From Antedon mediterranea (taxonomy: Eukaryota; Animalia; Echinodermata), in assembly GCF_964355755.1 (NCBI RefSeq), contig NC_092674.1, positions 5,518,001 to 5,582,000 of the forward strand: a stretch of DNA of 64,000 bases, given 5' to 3'. Below the pieces are notes generated by a model. That model ran no database searches and had not been told where the DNA came from. It saw only the letters and a list, made by a program, of their open reading frames with translations. Below, piece by piece: positions 1 to 12,564 of this stretch; the first letter of the stretch is position 1; each line of letters begins with the position of its first letter. Made by a program: the position numbers and the translations under genes.

Positions 1-1391
1 CCGGGCCGCGCGCATTATAATTTACGAGGATTTCATGTAATTATGCATAAGCTGTTCTCATTCAATCTCCGTTCTGATTTTTAGATTTTTTCTTGAGCGA
101 CTCACAACTACCTAATTTTGTAAACATATTACGATAATTATTTTCGAGAAGTTAGGAAATTCTCTTTACAAACATACGATAGTTATTGAATAATAATTCA
201 AAAAGTGTACATTATAAATTTGAAGTATTTTTTATCTTTTTTTGTGTGCTGTGTTGTATTTTATTTAGTATTTTACGTATTTTAAAAAATTGAAAATGCT
301 GTTTCAGCATTTGTGTATTGTGGATTATATTTATCTGTACAAGCAAAGCAAAGCATTTTCAAGTCATAAATGTTAATTGAATTGAATTAAAAAATCATTT
401 ATTATTATAGGCCAAAATGTACACGCTCGACATAAAATATATCAATATGCAATATCACATACGACGATATTGCATTATAACCAACGAAAATGCATTTTTG
501 TGAAATAAATTATGTTGCAATTATTTTCAACAATATTTCAAAGATTTCCTGTATACTATGGATAATTTCACAATATGATTACATTATACGCTCTTCACGT
601 CCAATGGAGGAGTATCAATATATGCCTGATTTTATCACGTTCCAAATGCGTAATAAAACGGCGTTCTTCTCCTCGACATCGCCATGGAGAAATATTGAGA
701 TAAATTAAACAAAGCTCTTAAAACGTTGCCTGCCCGACTGTAGGCTTACCACGTTTGTTTATTACACTCTTTCGTATTTAATATATTTCCACGTGATTTT
801 TACGCATATTATGCATGTTTGCCGTTCTGTTAAAGTCATGAATATTTTATTTTAAAGCATCGTTCTCGGAGAAGCATAATATTATGATGGCAATGATCAT
901 CTATGCAATGATCATTTAGGCGATGATGGTAAAGGTTATTAGCAATTTGAAAACAGTTTACTAAACATAATAGAATTAGTCGAATGTATATGTTTCCATT
1001 CTTGATAAATATATTGCAAACACCATATTTACCAAAATATATAGGTTATTGACTGTTCATCTCATATTTATGACAATGATAGCTGTAATAAGTTGCATAA
1101 TATATTTTATATTCAAATGTTGTGAGTTATATGTCGTGAAGACCGCAAGTATAGTATGAGGTACTTGTTTGCAGCACAAAACAAAACAGATTTTTCAATT
1201 CAGTAAATATTAAAGAGGAGGTAAATAGGTACACTACAATTATAATGTTGGCCAAAATGGACATCAAGGGAAAATGTTCCTTCAAAATCTCAGATGAAAC
1301 ATCGGCAGATATGGTGTATAGGAAGGAAATATCTAAAGACCTAATTGTGCAATTACATCAATTACGGGAGTAACGGGACGTTGACCACAAC

Positions 1392-1535
1392 ATCCTACCA
1401 CGCCCTATCAACCTCCACCACGCCCTATCAACACCCTACCACCTCCTATAAACACCCTACCACCCCCTATAAACACCCTGCCATCCCTATAAACACCCTG
1501 CCATCCCTATAAACACCCTACCATCCCTAGCAAAC
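1392..1535. repeat. Degenerate ~20-bp tandem repeat (ACACCCTACCATCCCTATAA-like)
   Basis: About 7 imperfect copies immediately before the 45-bp array. Confidence 0.75.
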
Positions 1536-1537
1536 CC

Positions 1538-2347
1538 ACCACCTACCAACTTACCCCGGCAAACGCTACTCTCACTGCCCATCCCACCTACCAACTTACG
1601 CCGGCAAACGCTACTCTCACTGCCCATCCCACCTACCAACTTACCCCGGCAAACGCTACTCTCACTGCCCATCCCACCTACCAACTTACCCCGGCAAACG
1701 CTACTCTCACTGCCCATCCCACCTACCAACTTACCCCGGCAAACGCTACTCTCACTGCCCATCCCACCTACCAACTTACCCCGGCAAACGCTACTCTCAC
1801 TGCCCATCCCACCTACCAACTTACCCCGGCAAACGCTACTCTCACTACCCATCCCACCTACCAACTTACCCCGGCAAACGCTACTCTCACTGCCCATCCC
1901 ACCTACCAACTTACCCCGGCAAACGCTACTCTCACTGCCCATCCCACCTACCAACTTACCCCGGCAAACGCTACTCTCACTGCCCATCCCACCTACCAAC
2001 TTATCCCGGCAAACGCTACTCTCACTGCCCATCCCACCTACCAACTTACCCCGGCAAACGCTACTCTCACTGCCCATCCCACCTACCAACTTACCCCGGC
2101 AAACGCTACTCTCACTGCCCATCCCACCTACCAACTTACCCCGGCAAACGCTACTCTCACTGCCCATCCCACCTACCAACTTACCCCGGCAAACGCTACT
2201 CTCACTGCCCATCCCACCTACCAACTTACCCCAGCAAACGCTACTCTCACTGCCCATCCCACCTACCAACTTACCCCAGCAAACGCTACTCTCACTGCCC
2301 ATCCCACCTACCAACTTACCCCGGCAAACGCTACTCCTACTGCCCAT
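1538..2347. repeat. 45-bp minisatellite, ~18 near-perfect copies
   Basis: Unit CCACCTACCAACTTACCCCGGCAAACGCTACTCTCACTGCCCATC; explains the 15-aa periodic ORF at 1487-2347. Confidence 0.97.
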
Positions 2348-2430
2348 CTCAAACTGTTGGTTTCTATAGTTTTCCGCTCTGCAATGGCGTTACAAAAAAC
2401 ATAAAATGTAATAATAGTAATAATACTTAC

Positions 2431-2762
2431 TCGGATGGCCTATTCTCAACTTCTTGCGGCGCACCAAGAGCGAACCTCTCCAAAAATGAGTCAGCCCGGG
2501 CCACTGGTTTGTGAATATTTTCTCTAGTCACCCATGATTTAATTATTCGTAATGTTCCAACAATTCTTTGAATCGCTCTCGATTCTTTACGGGTCCGTTG
2601 ATTGTCAGTCTCTTTTATCCCATTGTCAGAATCTGAATCTGTTTCGTCATCATCTGATAAAGATACGTCTGTTCTCTTTCCCTTCTCAACCTTGTCTAAT
2701 TGTCCGTCAGTTGCTTGTGACTTGTCGCCGCTATTCGCACGTGAAGGACCTGCTTCCGACAT
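2431..2762 (-). CDS. First coding exon of a cyclic nucleotide-gated channel alpha subunit (CNGA/TAX-4-like); gene continues leftwards
   Basis: Minus-strand acceptor (TTTTTAAAAATAG) ending at 2767, ATG at 2762, GTAAGT donor at 2430. Peptide IQRIVGTLRIIKSW...ARADSFLERF resembles the CNGA N-terminal motif (CNGA2 FQRIVRLVGVIRDW...RPDSFLERF). No transmembrane exons identified in the window. Confidence 0.72.
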
Positions 2763-4174
2763 TATTCTATTTTTAAAAAAAATTAATATTAATTTTAGGA
2801 AAACCACATTAAAAGCAATGTGTTTTTTTTCATTCAATATATTACACAACACAAGGTGGAAGCACCTTAGCTTCAATAAAGGAATTGTATTTTGGAATAA
2901 ACTCTCCAGTGAACTTCAAGAATCCACGAATGTATATATTTCAAAACTATACGAACAACGTCTACAAGGAAATTATACAATAAGTATAAGTAATTATAAA
3001 TATTAAGAACTTATAAACACTTTCTTCTTCTATTAACAAAAGTATGTTAACTGATGAATAACTGAATAAAATTTTGAATTTATTTGCATAGTACTAGTGT
3101 TGTATTTTGTTTGTAATTATTATTTAAGAGCCGATTTTCACAATGAAATTTATATATAAATGAAGTTCTTTCTTTTATAAGCATTTGCTTCTTGAATTTC
3201 CCCCTTTTCTTCAGTTATTTTTAATTTGTTGTCATATTGAAATTTTTATCGCTCAAAGAAAATAAAAGAAGTTGCCATTGTCATTTTCATATAAATGATT
3301 TATTATATCACAAACAACTGGAAAGGTTTAAGCTAATTATTAATTTCACCATTTTTCAAGAGGCCAGCTACGCAAAGTGTTTTGGCGTGAACTGATTGAA
3401 TGAAAATAAGTTTACTTATATTTAGTATACAAGACAACAGGAAAAATACACATAAAATGGAATTAAAATTGTATAAAACTGAAATAAAACAGCAAAAAGC
3501 AGAAATCGTGAGTTAAAATATTGGAAAAATACAGTAATAAAAGATTATAGTAAAAAGTATAACTCAACAAGATAAGACGAAAACAAAATATAAAAAGTTA
3601 AAAAAAATAATGGTTGATTATGTTGAAATTAAAATAATTTGGTAAACATGACAGAAAAAATATCTAACTTTCTGCGCATGTTTTTATTTGATTACGTCAT
3701 TCGTAGACATACAATATTATGAATAATTAATTGAGTAGATTGACCGTAATGTACGGCAACCTTCCTAAGTTCTAAAAAAGATACAAACCCAATTTGTATA
3801 ATACCTGGCTTACGTAGGTATGTAATTGCGGCGCAGCGTATATATGGAAAACATACGAAAATCAATAGAAGCTATTAAGTTGTCGGGGTCACTAATCTTA
3901 TTATCGAACATCTTTATTTATCCATATCTATTAATTTGTCTTGATTTCGATGTAATTAGGGATGTTGAGAGAATAATAGTGCTTTTCAATATGCTAATCA
4001 ATCACAGCAAAGATTGCTATCGTGCTGATATCGACGAAAAGCGTTCATCTTTCCCCTGCTGCGTCAACTGTAGCAACACTATGTAATTACAGACAACAGA
4101 ATGAAGAGATACATAATTAGGATTGTAATTAGCATGACTTGTTTTTATCCTCTTTGACGTCCAGTATCATAGGC

Positions 4175-4535
4175 GAATTTTGTAATACAGTGTCACATGT
4201 GACTCCGGTATCATCAGCCGATTCTCAGTACTGTATCTATTTTCCGAAGTTTCATAGGAATATTTTGGTAATACAACATCACATGTGTTTCACATATATC
4301 TAGTAATAACGTAACCCCTTAACCTAACCTTACATGATACAGGCACAACATGATTGTGATATAAATGAGATGCTGTATTACCAAAAAATTCCTATGATAC
4401 TAAGGAAATAGATAGTATATGGATACAACACTGAGAATCGGATGGTATCATAGACAAAGGCCAATCATAAACCTAACCAAATTTTCCATAACCACATGTC
4501 AGCATTATGTGACACATGTATTACAGAATTTGTAG
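4175..4535. mobile_element. Foldback/MITE-like element with long imperfect inverted arms
   Basis: CCGATTCTCAGT...TCATAGGAATATTTTGGTAATACA pairs with TGTATTACCAAAAAATTCCTATGA...ACTGAGAATCGG; central AACCCTTAACCTAACC. Confidence 0.6.
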
Positions 4536-4967
4536 ATAATGTCATGTGTGGATTCAGTAGTACAAAGAATTGGACTATTATTTTGTTGGCAATTTTATGT
4601 ACTGTGTATCTTTTCATTGTTTTAAATATACTATACAAAGTGAATTTAGCATTTTAAATTTACCAAATAAAATGTCTTTAATTTTGAATCAATTTTACCC
4701 TTGTATCAATGTTTATACGCGTATACGAATCAAAGCAGTGTGTTTAACATGATTTTCTGAATTATCATTATAGATATGTCACACACAGTAGATGGACATT
4801 TATTATAATTATTATGAATATTTATATATTACGGCTGTAAGAAGTCATCATCAACATAAATTCGTTATATCAATTTGGATATGCATGCAAACACAGATGA
4901 CCAGAGTGAGACTTATACGATGGTATAGCCTATGCGATCATTATAATTATAGAGGCATATTTCTAAC

Positions 4968-5112
4968 TAAAGCACTGTCTACACTATAAAACTTTATGTG
5001 ACAAAAAGTGTGATGTGCCCATATATGGACATGATAACATCATATCACTACCATATTTGGGCACATCACATTTTTTTTGTCGAACTAGTTTGATAGTGTA
5101 GACAGAGCGTTA
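4968..5112. mobile_element. Short palindromic MITE (family A)
   Basis: TIR AGCTCTGTCTACACTATCAAACT / AGTTTGATAGTGTAGACAGAGC; related copies at 12640-12786, 18008-18178 and a fragment near 62990. Confidence 0.75.
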
Positions 5113-8100
5113 AAGGGCTTGTTACTTGTGTATGGAATACTGATAGTGGAGCGGTACCTCAGAGCGTTAAAGGGCTTGTTACTTGTGTATGGAATACTGA
5201 TAGTGGAGCGGTACCTCTGAGGGTTAAAGGGCTTGTTACTTGTGTATGGAATACTGATAGTGGAGCGGTACCTCTGAGGGTTAAAGGGCTTGTTACTTGT
5301 GTATGGAATACTGATAGTGGAGCGGTACCTCAGAGCGTTAAAGGGCTTGTTACTTGTGTATGGAATACTGATAGTGGAGCGGTACCTCTGAGGGTTAAAG
5401 GGCTTGTTACTTGTGTATGGAATACTGATAGTGGAGCGGTACCTCTGAGGGTTAAAGGGCTTGTTACTTGTGTATGGAATACTGATAGTGGAGCGGTACC
5501 TCAGAGCGTTAAAGGGCTTGTTACTTGTGTATGGAATACTGATAGTGGAGCGGTACCTCAGAGCGTTAAAGGGCTTGTTACTTGTGTATGGAATACTGAT
5601 AGTGGAGCGGTACCTCAGAGCGTTAAAGGGCTTGTTACTTGTGTATGGAATACTGATAGTGGAGCGGTACCTCAGAGCGTTAAAGGGCTTGTTACTTGTG
5701 TATGGAATACTGATAGTGGAGCGGTACCTCAGAGCGTTAAAGGGCTTGTTACTTGTGTATGGAATACTGATAGTGGAGCGGTACCTCAGAGCGTTAAAGG
5801 GCTTGTTACTTGTGTATGGAATACTGATAGTGGAGCGGTACCTCTGAGGGTTAAAGGGCTTGTTACTTGTGTATGGAATACTGATAGTGGAGCGGTACCT
5901 CAGAGCGTTAAAGGGCTTGTTACTTGTGTATGGAATACTGATAGTGGAGTGGTACCTCAGAGCGTTAAAGGGCTTGTTACTTGTGTATGGAATACTGATA
6001 GTGGAGCGGTACCTCAGAGCGTTAAAGGGCTTGTTACTTGTGTATGGAATACTGATAGTGGAGCGGTACCTCAGAGCGTTAAAGGGCTTGTTACTTGTGT
6101 ATGGAATACTGATAGTGGAGCGGTACCTCAGAGCGTTAAAGGGCTTGTTACTAATACTGATAGTGGAGCGGTACCTCTGAGGGTTAAAGGGCTTGTTACT
6201 TGTGTATGGAATACTGATAGTGGAGCGGTACCTCAGAGCGTTAAAGGGCTTGTTACTTGTGTATGGAATACTGATAGTGGAGCGGTACCTCTGAGGGTTA
6301 AAGGGCTTGTTACTTGTGTATGGAATACTGATAGTGGAGCGGTACCTCAGAGCGTTAAAGGGCTTGTTACTTGTGTATGGAATACTGATAGTGGAGCGGT
6401 ACCTCTGAGGGTTAAAGGGCTTGTTACTTGTGTATGGAATACTGATAGTGGAGCGGTACCTCTGAGGGTTAAAGGGCTTGTTACTTGTGTATGGAATACT
6501 GATAGTGGAGCGGTACCTCAGAGCGTTAAAGGGCTTGTTACTTGTGTATGGAATACTGATAGTGGAGCGGTACCTCAGAGCGTTAAAGGGCTTGTTACTT
6601 GTGTATGGAATACTGATAGTGGAGCGGTACCTCTGAGGGTTAAAGGGCTTGTTACTTGTGTATGGAATACTGATAGTGGAGCGGTACCTCTGAGGGTTAA
6701 AGGGCTTGTTACTTGTGTATGGAATACTGATAGTGGAGCGGTACCTCAGAGCGTTAAAGGGCTTGTTACTTGTGTATGGAATACTGATAGTGGAGCGGTA
6801 CCTCTGAGCGTTAAAGGGCTTGTTACTTGTGTATGGAATACTGATAGTGGAGCGGTACCTCAGAGCGTTAAAGGGCTTGTTACTTGTGTATGGAATACTG
6901 ATAGTGGAGCGGTACCTCAGAGGGTTAAAGGGCTTGTTACTTGTGTATGGAATACTGATAGTGGAGCGGTACCTCAGAGCGTTAAAGGGCTTGTTACTTG
7001 TGTATGGAATACTGATAGTGGAGCGGTACCTCAGAGCGTTAAAGGGCTTGTTACTTGTGTATGGAATACTGATAGTGGAGCGGTACCTCTGAGCGTTAAA
7101 GGGCTTGTTACTTGTGTATGGAATACTGATAGTGGAGCGGTACCTCAGAGCGTTAAAGGGCTTGTTACTTGTGTATGGAATACTGATAGTGGAGCGGTAC
7201 CTCAGAGCGTTAAAGGGCTTGTTACTTGTGTATGGAATACTGATAGTGGAGCGGTACCTCAGAGGGGTAAAGGGCTTGTTACTTGTGTATGGAATACTGA
7301 TAGTGGAGCGGTACCTCTGAGGGTTAAAGGGCTTGTTACTTGTGTATGGAATACTGATAGTGGAGCGGTACCTCAGAGGGTTAAAGGGCTTGTTACTTGT
7401 GTATGGAATACTGATAGTGGAGCGGTACCTCTGAGGGTTAAAGGGCTTGTTACTTGTGTATGGAATACTGATAGTGGAGCGGTACCTCTGAGCGTTAAAG
7501 GGCTTGTTACTTGTGTATGGAATACTGATAGTGGAGCGGTACCTCAGAGGGTTAAAGGGCTTGTTACTTGTGTATGGAATACTGATAGTGGAGCGGTACC
7601 TCTGAGGGTTAAAGGGCTTGTTACTTGTGTATGGAATACTGATAGTGGAGCGGTACCTCAGAGGGTTAAAGGGCTTGTTACTTGTGTATGGAATACTGAT
7701 AGTGGAGCGGTACCTCAGAGCGTTAAAGGGCTTGTTACTTGTGTATGGAATACTGATAGTGGAGCGGTACCTCAGAGCATTAAAGGGCTTGTTACTTGTG
7801 TATGGAATACTGATAGTGGAGCGGTACCTCTGAGGGTTAAAGGGCTTGTTACTTGTGTATGGAATACTGATAGTGGAGCGGTACCTCTGAGCGTTAAAGG
7901 GCTTGTTACTTGTGTATGGAATACTGATAGTGGAGCGGTACCTCTGAGGGTTAAAGGGCTTGTTACTTGTGTATGGAATACTGATAGTGGAGCGGTACCT
8001 CTGAGCGTTAAAGGGCTTGTTACTTGTGTATGGAATACTGATAGTGGAGCGGTACCTCAGAGGGTTAAAGGGCTTGTTACTTGTGTATGGAATACTGATA

Positions 8101-8469
8101 GTGGAGCGGTACCTCAGAGCGTTAAAGGGCTTGTTACTTGTGTATGGAATACTGATAGTGGAGCGGTACCTCAGAGCGTTAAAGGGCTTGTTACTTGTGT
8201 ATGGAATACTGATAGTGGAGCGGTACCTCAGAGCGTTAAAGGGCTTGTTACTTGTGTATGGAATACTGATAGTGGAGCGGTACCTCAGAGCGTTAAAGGG
8301 CTTGTTACTTGTGTATGGAATACTGATAGTGGAGCGGTACCTCAGAGCGTTAAAGGGCTTGTTACTTGTGTATGGAATACTGATAGTGGAGCGGTACCTC
8401 AGAGCGTTAAAGGGCTTGTTACTTGTGTATGAAATACTGATAGTGGAGCGGTACCTCTGAGGGTTAAAG
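5103..8469. repeat. 57-bp minisatellite, ~59 copies
   Basis: Unit TTAAAGGGCTTGTTACTTGTGTATGGAATACTGATAGTGGAGCGGTACCTC[A/T]GAG[C/G]G; one unit near 6150 has a 9-bp deletion; explains the 19-aa periodic ORFs on both strands. Confidence 0.98.
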
Positions 8470-8602
8470 TTCTTGCCTTCCAATTCAAATGTCCCCTGAC
8501 CTATTGCAAGGGTTGATAATTCACGATTCGTTTTACTCCACTCCCTAGCCTCAAATGAGACATAGTTTATCCACACAGTAATGAGTTTCTTGCTGTTGGA
8601 TG

Positions 8603-8690
8603 CTACTCGGAACTACTCGGAACTACTCAGAACTACTCGGACCTACTCGGAAATACTTGGAAATACTCGGAACTTATCGGAACTACTCGG
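8603..8690. repeat. 10-bp tandem repeat (AACTACTCGG)
   Basis: About 8 degenerate copies. Confidence 0.8.
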
Positions 8691-8867
8691 GTATGAAATT
8701 AAAATAAATGTTTCATTTACCAAAATAGATGATTGCGATTCACTTCAAATTCATCATATTGAAAATCGTGACGTCAGCTGTACAACATCAGGGGTCCCTA
8801 GACACCATAATGACATCATCTTATTCGTTCGTGTATTATCGTAAGGTTTTCATATCATTTAATGTTC

Positions 8868-9548
8868 TTATTTACCTCCGCCAAGGAGGTATATGTAATC
8901 GGTAGCGTGTGTTTGTTGGTTTGTTTGTTAGCAGGATTACTCAAAAAGTAATTACAAGATCTTTACCAAAATGACAGATAGATATGTGGTCAAGGACCAT
9001 TCCATTAAATTTTGGGACCATTTTGGACCACAGCCCCAATTCTAGACCACTTTTTAGTATACTTTTTTAGACCTGCTAGTGTTAAAAGATAGGACAGAAT
9101 TTTTCAAAAGCCGGCGAGCAGTCTTAAAGTAACAAGTAAACTGAAATTGCATTTTCTCGAGAACTACTTGTCCAAAAAACTTCATTTTTGAACAAGAGGC
9201 AAGAGTTATAATTTGTGATTTGTAATTTTAAAACATAATTTGATTTAATGTGCACGTTTTTTGATGCGAGTAGTTTAAAAAACCTATTTATTTTCAAATT
9301 CACTCGTTTGATTTTCGCGTTGCTGTTCTATTGTTAGTCAACTGAAGTTATTGTTAATTGAAAGGCTTGTTACATAACCATTACACCAAACTCGCATACA
9401 CATGCTTGTAATGAAATTAGCCTAAATCACAAACAGCATTAAGACACACACAAATATATATATATATATATTTTTTTACCGGAGAAATCTTATGTAGGAG
9501 AATTTTACAGTAGGCGGAGGTATGCCCTCTCGGAGTGGCTTTCTAGTT
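8868..9548 (+). mobile_element. Non-autonomous Helentron/Helitron2-type (HINE/DINE-like) element
   Basis: 5' TTATTTACCTCCGCCAAGGAGG followed by a GTTT microsatellite; subterminal inverted repeat TACCTCCGCC (8873) / GGCGGAGGTA (9513); short 3' hairpin then TTCTAGTT. Confidence 0.72.
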
Positions 9549-12500
9549 AGATATATAATTGTCCATTTCTAATATTTTAATTTTTCTAGTAACTTAAGAG
9601 GCATTTTCAGTATATGTTTACGATGAATGAATTCAGTACCTCATTGTTGTTAAAGAATTGTGTATTTATTATACCATTTTAACCTTTCCTAATGTGCTTT
9701 ATCAGGTGTTTTTAGGACCTAATAATTTCCAATAAGACAACCAATGCGCATCGTGTAAAACAAAGCTTGTCCAACATCGCTGTAGTCTAGAGAAATATTT
9801 ATTTGTTGTGAGAGATTTAATCCTCTAAAAAGCATCAGATTAAACTCAGTAGTGACCTACTAAGAAATATTGAAGTTTAATTTAGTATCCACAACAGCGT
9901 GGCAATAGTAGGTCTAAGTAAATCGTAAAGCCAATAGATTATTGTGGTATCAAGTTTTAGTATTATACGAATAATAATTATGGAGAGATCGCAGGCTCAA
10001 TTTCATTCAGATGACGTATTTTATCATGCAGATTATTAACGTTGACTTTATATTGGATATCTATGATATGAAATGATATTTAAGATTTGTATCATCATTT
10101 GTATTGTCGGTCTTTCTTACACCACAAGAATTAGCAGTTTAAATTAAAATTGTATTCTATAAAAGGCCTATAAAACAATTCATTTACACATTATTATATA
10201 CAATTGATATCATTTCAATTAAACGTACGACATGATAGAGCATTTTGTTAACGTGGTTACGACACTGTTGCACACGATATTTTTCACCTGATCACGAATA
10301 GACCTACTTCATTCACCAGAAATTCGGTTATTTGTATCCATATTGACATATCTACTATGTTGTCTTATTGTATAATATAATATTACCCACAAAACTAAAT
10401 ATATTCCCTGATCTGTTCTATATTACAGTAAAATTAACAACTGACGTAATTCAGCAGTACAATTCTGATAAACCGTTATAAGCCTATCCAACGATAGGGA
10501 GAAGTTAGACAAAGAGAAGAGTGATGATCCATAGGTAGAAACTGTTTAGACGTTAGTTCAGTTAAAGATAAAAAGTTGAACCGCGTCCCGTCACGTAAAA
10601 GCCGGCCAATGATGTCCTACGAATGCTCTATCTAAATCTAAATATTTTTTTTTGTAATACAGGCCTAGACTAAAATGCAATGTTTCACTTTGATCACTTA
10701 CCTTGCCTTGAAGACGAGATTAGTATACGCTATCGCTGAACTCTCGATTCCATTCTTAAAATTACTAACGAACTCAAGACAACGTGAAACTCTGCTAAAT
10801 TCTTAATTTACTTTCCTCTGAAGACCGTGCCACTCGTATCATACGCATTCTCCTGTGTTGCGTCATAATATCAATCCGCCGTGGAACTTCAACATCATCC
10901 CTGATAGCATATTTCCATGGTAACCAGATAAATTGGATAAGAATTTATGCTTACTCGATGAATTTTAGCTTCTACATTCTGTAAATTTGTCAGATAGGCC
11001 TAAACATCATGCCTGGCGTTCGTTTTTTGTAGGTACGCTTATACATTTTTTGTTTAAAATCTATTGGTGTAGGCATTACCAGTTGGTCGTGGCATTGGCA
11101 TTTTTTTTATTATTTTAAAATGTAAATTATTAAGTATCCTACCGGTAATTATTGATGGTGCAAATGGCTTAACAATAAATTAAATTAAATTATTATTATT
11201 TAATTCGGTATTCAAAATTACCTCCCTAAGTATGGAACCGGTAAAAAATGTTTTGTAATTACATACAACTATTGAAAATAACAAAAATAAACATAGGAAA
11301 TAAGTAATTACAATTACAATTGATTACAGTAGGCCTATATAAAAGTTTTTAAGTGTAGCATTCGTATCATCTTTAAACATGATTTCCAAAATGGCCGCAC
11401 AATCCAATTTGACAACGTTAACATTAATTATACCTGTTGTTTTAGATAATTTACCATAATTTAGCATCATCGCATACGTTTATCGTACTTTAACATCATC
11501 ACAATTATCGAACTTCATGTTCACATGGAGTTTATTGTACGCATGCGTGATAGATGCAACATATACATCAATCCTACTACTACTTATAACATTCTAGAGG
11601 GCGCGAGGCCAGTCAAAACTATTAAGGTAGCTTGTATAAGGCAGCCTATAAAAACTAGAAAAAAAACAGGACAACACTGGAACTGGAAACAGGACAAAAA
11701 CAGTAATGAAGACTTTTAGTTTCAGGGTACCGAAAAATGCTAAATATAAAAACTACAATAAGTGAAAGGATAATTACTCATAACTGGATAAGAGGTGTCG
11801 TTTCAATTTAAAAGAAAAACTCTTCTTTGACAAAGCACTTTTTATAGGAACTGGTACGCTATCCCAGAGTTTAGGATCAATTCTAAGCTTGTTTTTTTAT
11901 GATTTTGAGCATCATCACAATTGAATCGTACTTTAGCATCACAACTTACAATTACCGAAGGTGGTTCATAATGAAGCTCATTATACGCATTCGTAATGAG
12001 TGCATTATATAAATCAAGCCCTACGAGCCGTTACTTCATTATTCTTTCATGATATAGTTATACAGTTTCAATGCTATACTAAAATATTGGCAATTAGAGA
12101 GTACAAAAGGCGCATTTCTTTATAAGTTCTGTTATACATTAGTCTAGGTTCTAGACGGCGAAAGATAAATATTGGCACACATGGCGTTTCGTATACTAAT
12201 GTTAAGCTGGAAGGAACGAGAAACAAGTCTAGTATTTCATGGCCTGGAGAAAAGAAACCTCGCAAAAATATTAGTTATTTTACAGTAATAGTTATCACTC
12301 AATAATTTAGGCGTAAGTAGCATGTTAGCAAACTAGTTATAGATTGAGGTGAAAACACGATGGATTATACATTAATTATACTTCATCTGACACATTATTA
12401 AAATCGCATACCGTGAGTGTCGCGATGTCTATGTGATACAATCAAATCAATTTGTGCGAAATAAAAATCGAAAATAATTGAAAGCAAATGTGACGTATTC

Positions 12501-12564
12501 CATTATTGATTGGTGTGAAAGTCTTAATTAAGAATTCAAAAGTTAGTCTCACGTTATTCATAAA

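Noticed and set aside
1487-2347. 286-aa Gly/Ser/Cys repeat ORF
   Set aside because: Translation of a 45-bp minisatellite in the CNG intron; units are identical at the DNA level and no acceptor links it to the gene.
2800-3260. Coding exon in ORF 2602-3006 (+)
   Set aside because: The first half is antisense to the CNG exon and the rest (GIVFWNKL...) looks like a decayed LINE 3' end; too weak to annotate.
5103-8469. CRISPR array or other prokaryotic system
   Set aside because: Units are contiguous with no unique spacers, there are no cas genes, and the context is intron-containing eukaryotic DNA; the same applies to the arrays at 33840 and 49575.
5085-8576. 1163-aa and 827-aa repetitive ORFs as real proteins
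   Set aside because: They result from a 57-bp (3n) unit lacking stops; both strands are open, starts are non-ATG, and there is no silent-site pattern of variation.
10696-10925. Upstream minus-strand exon of the CNG gene (strong AAG|GTAAGT donor at ~10701)
   Set aside because: Plausible 5'UTR exon, but it has no convincing reading frame and no other support without transcripts.
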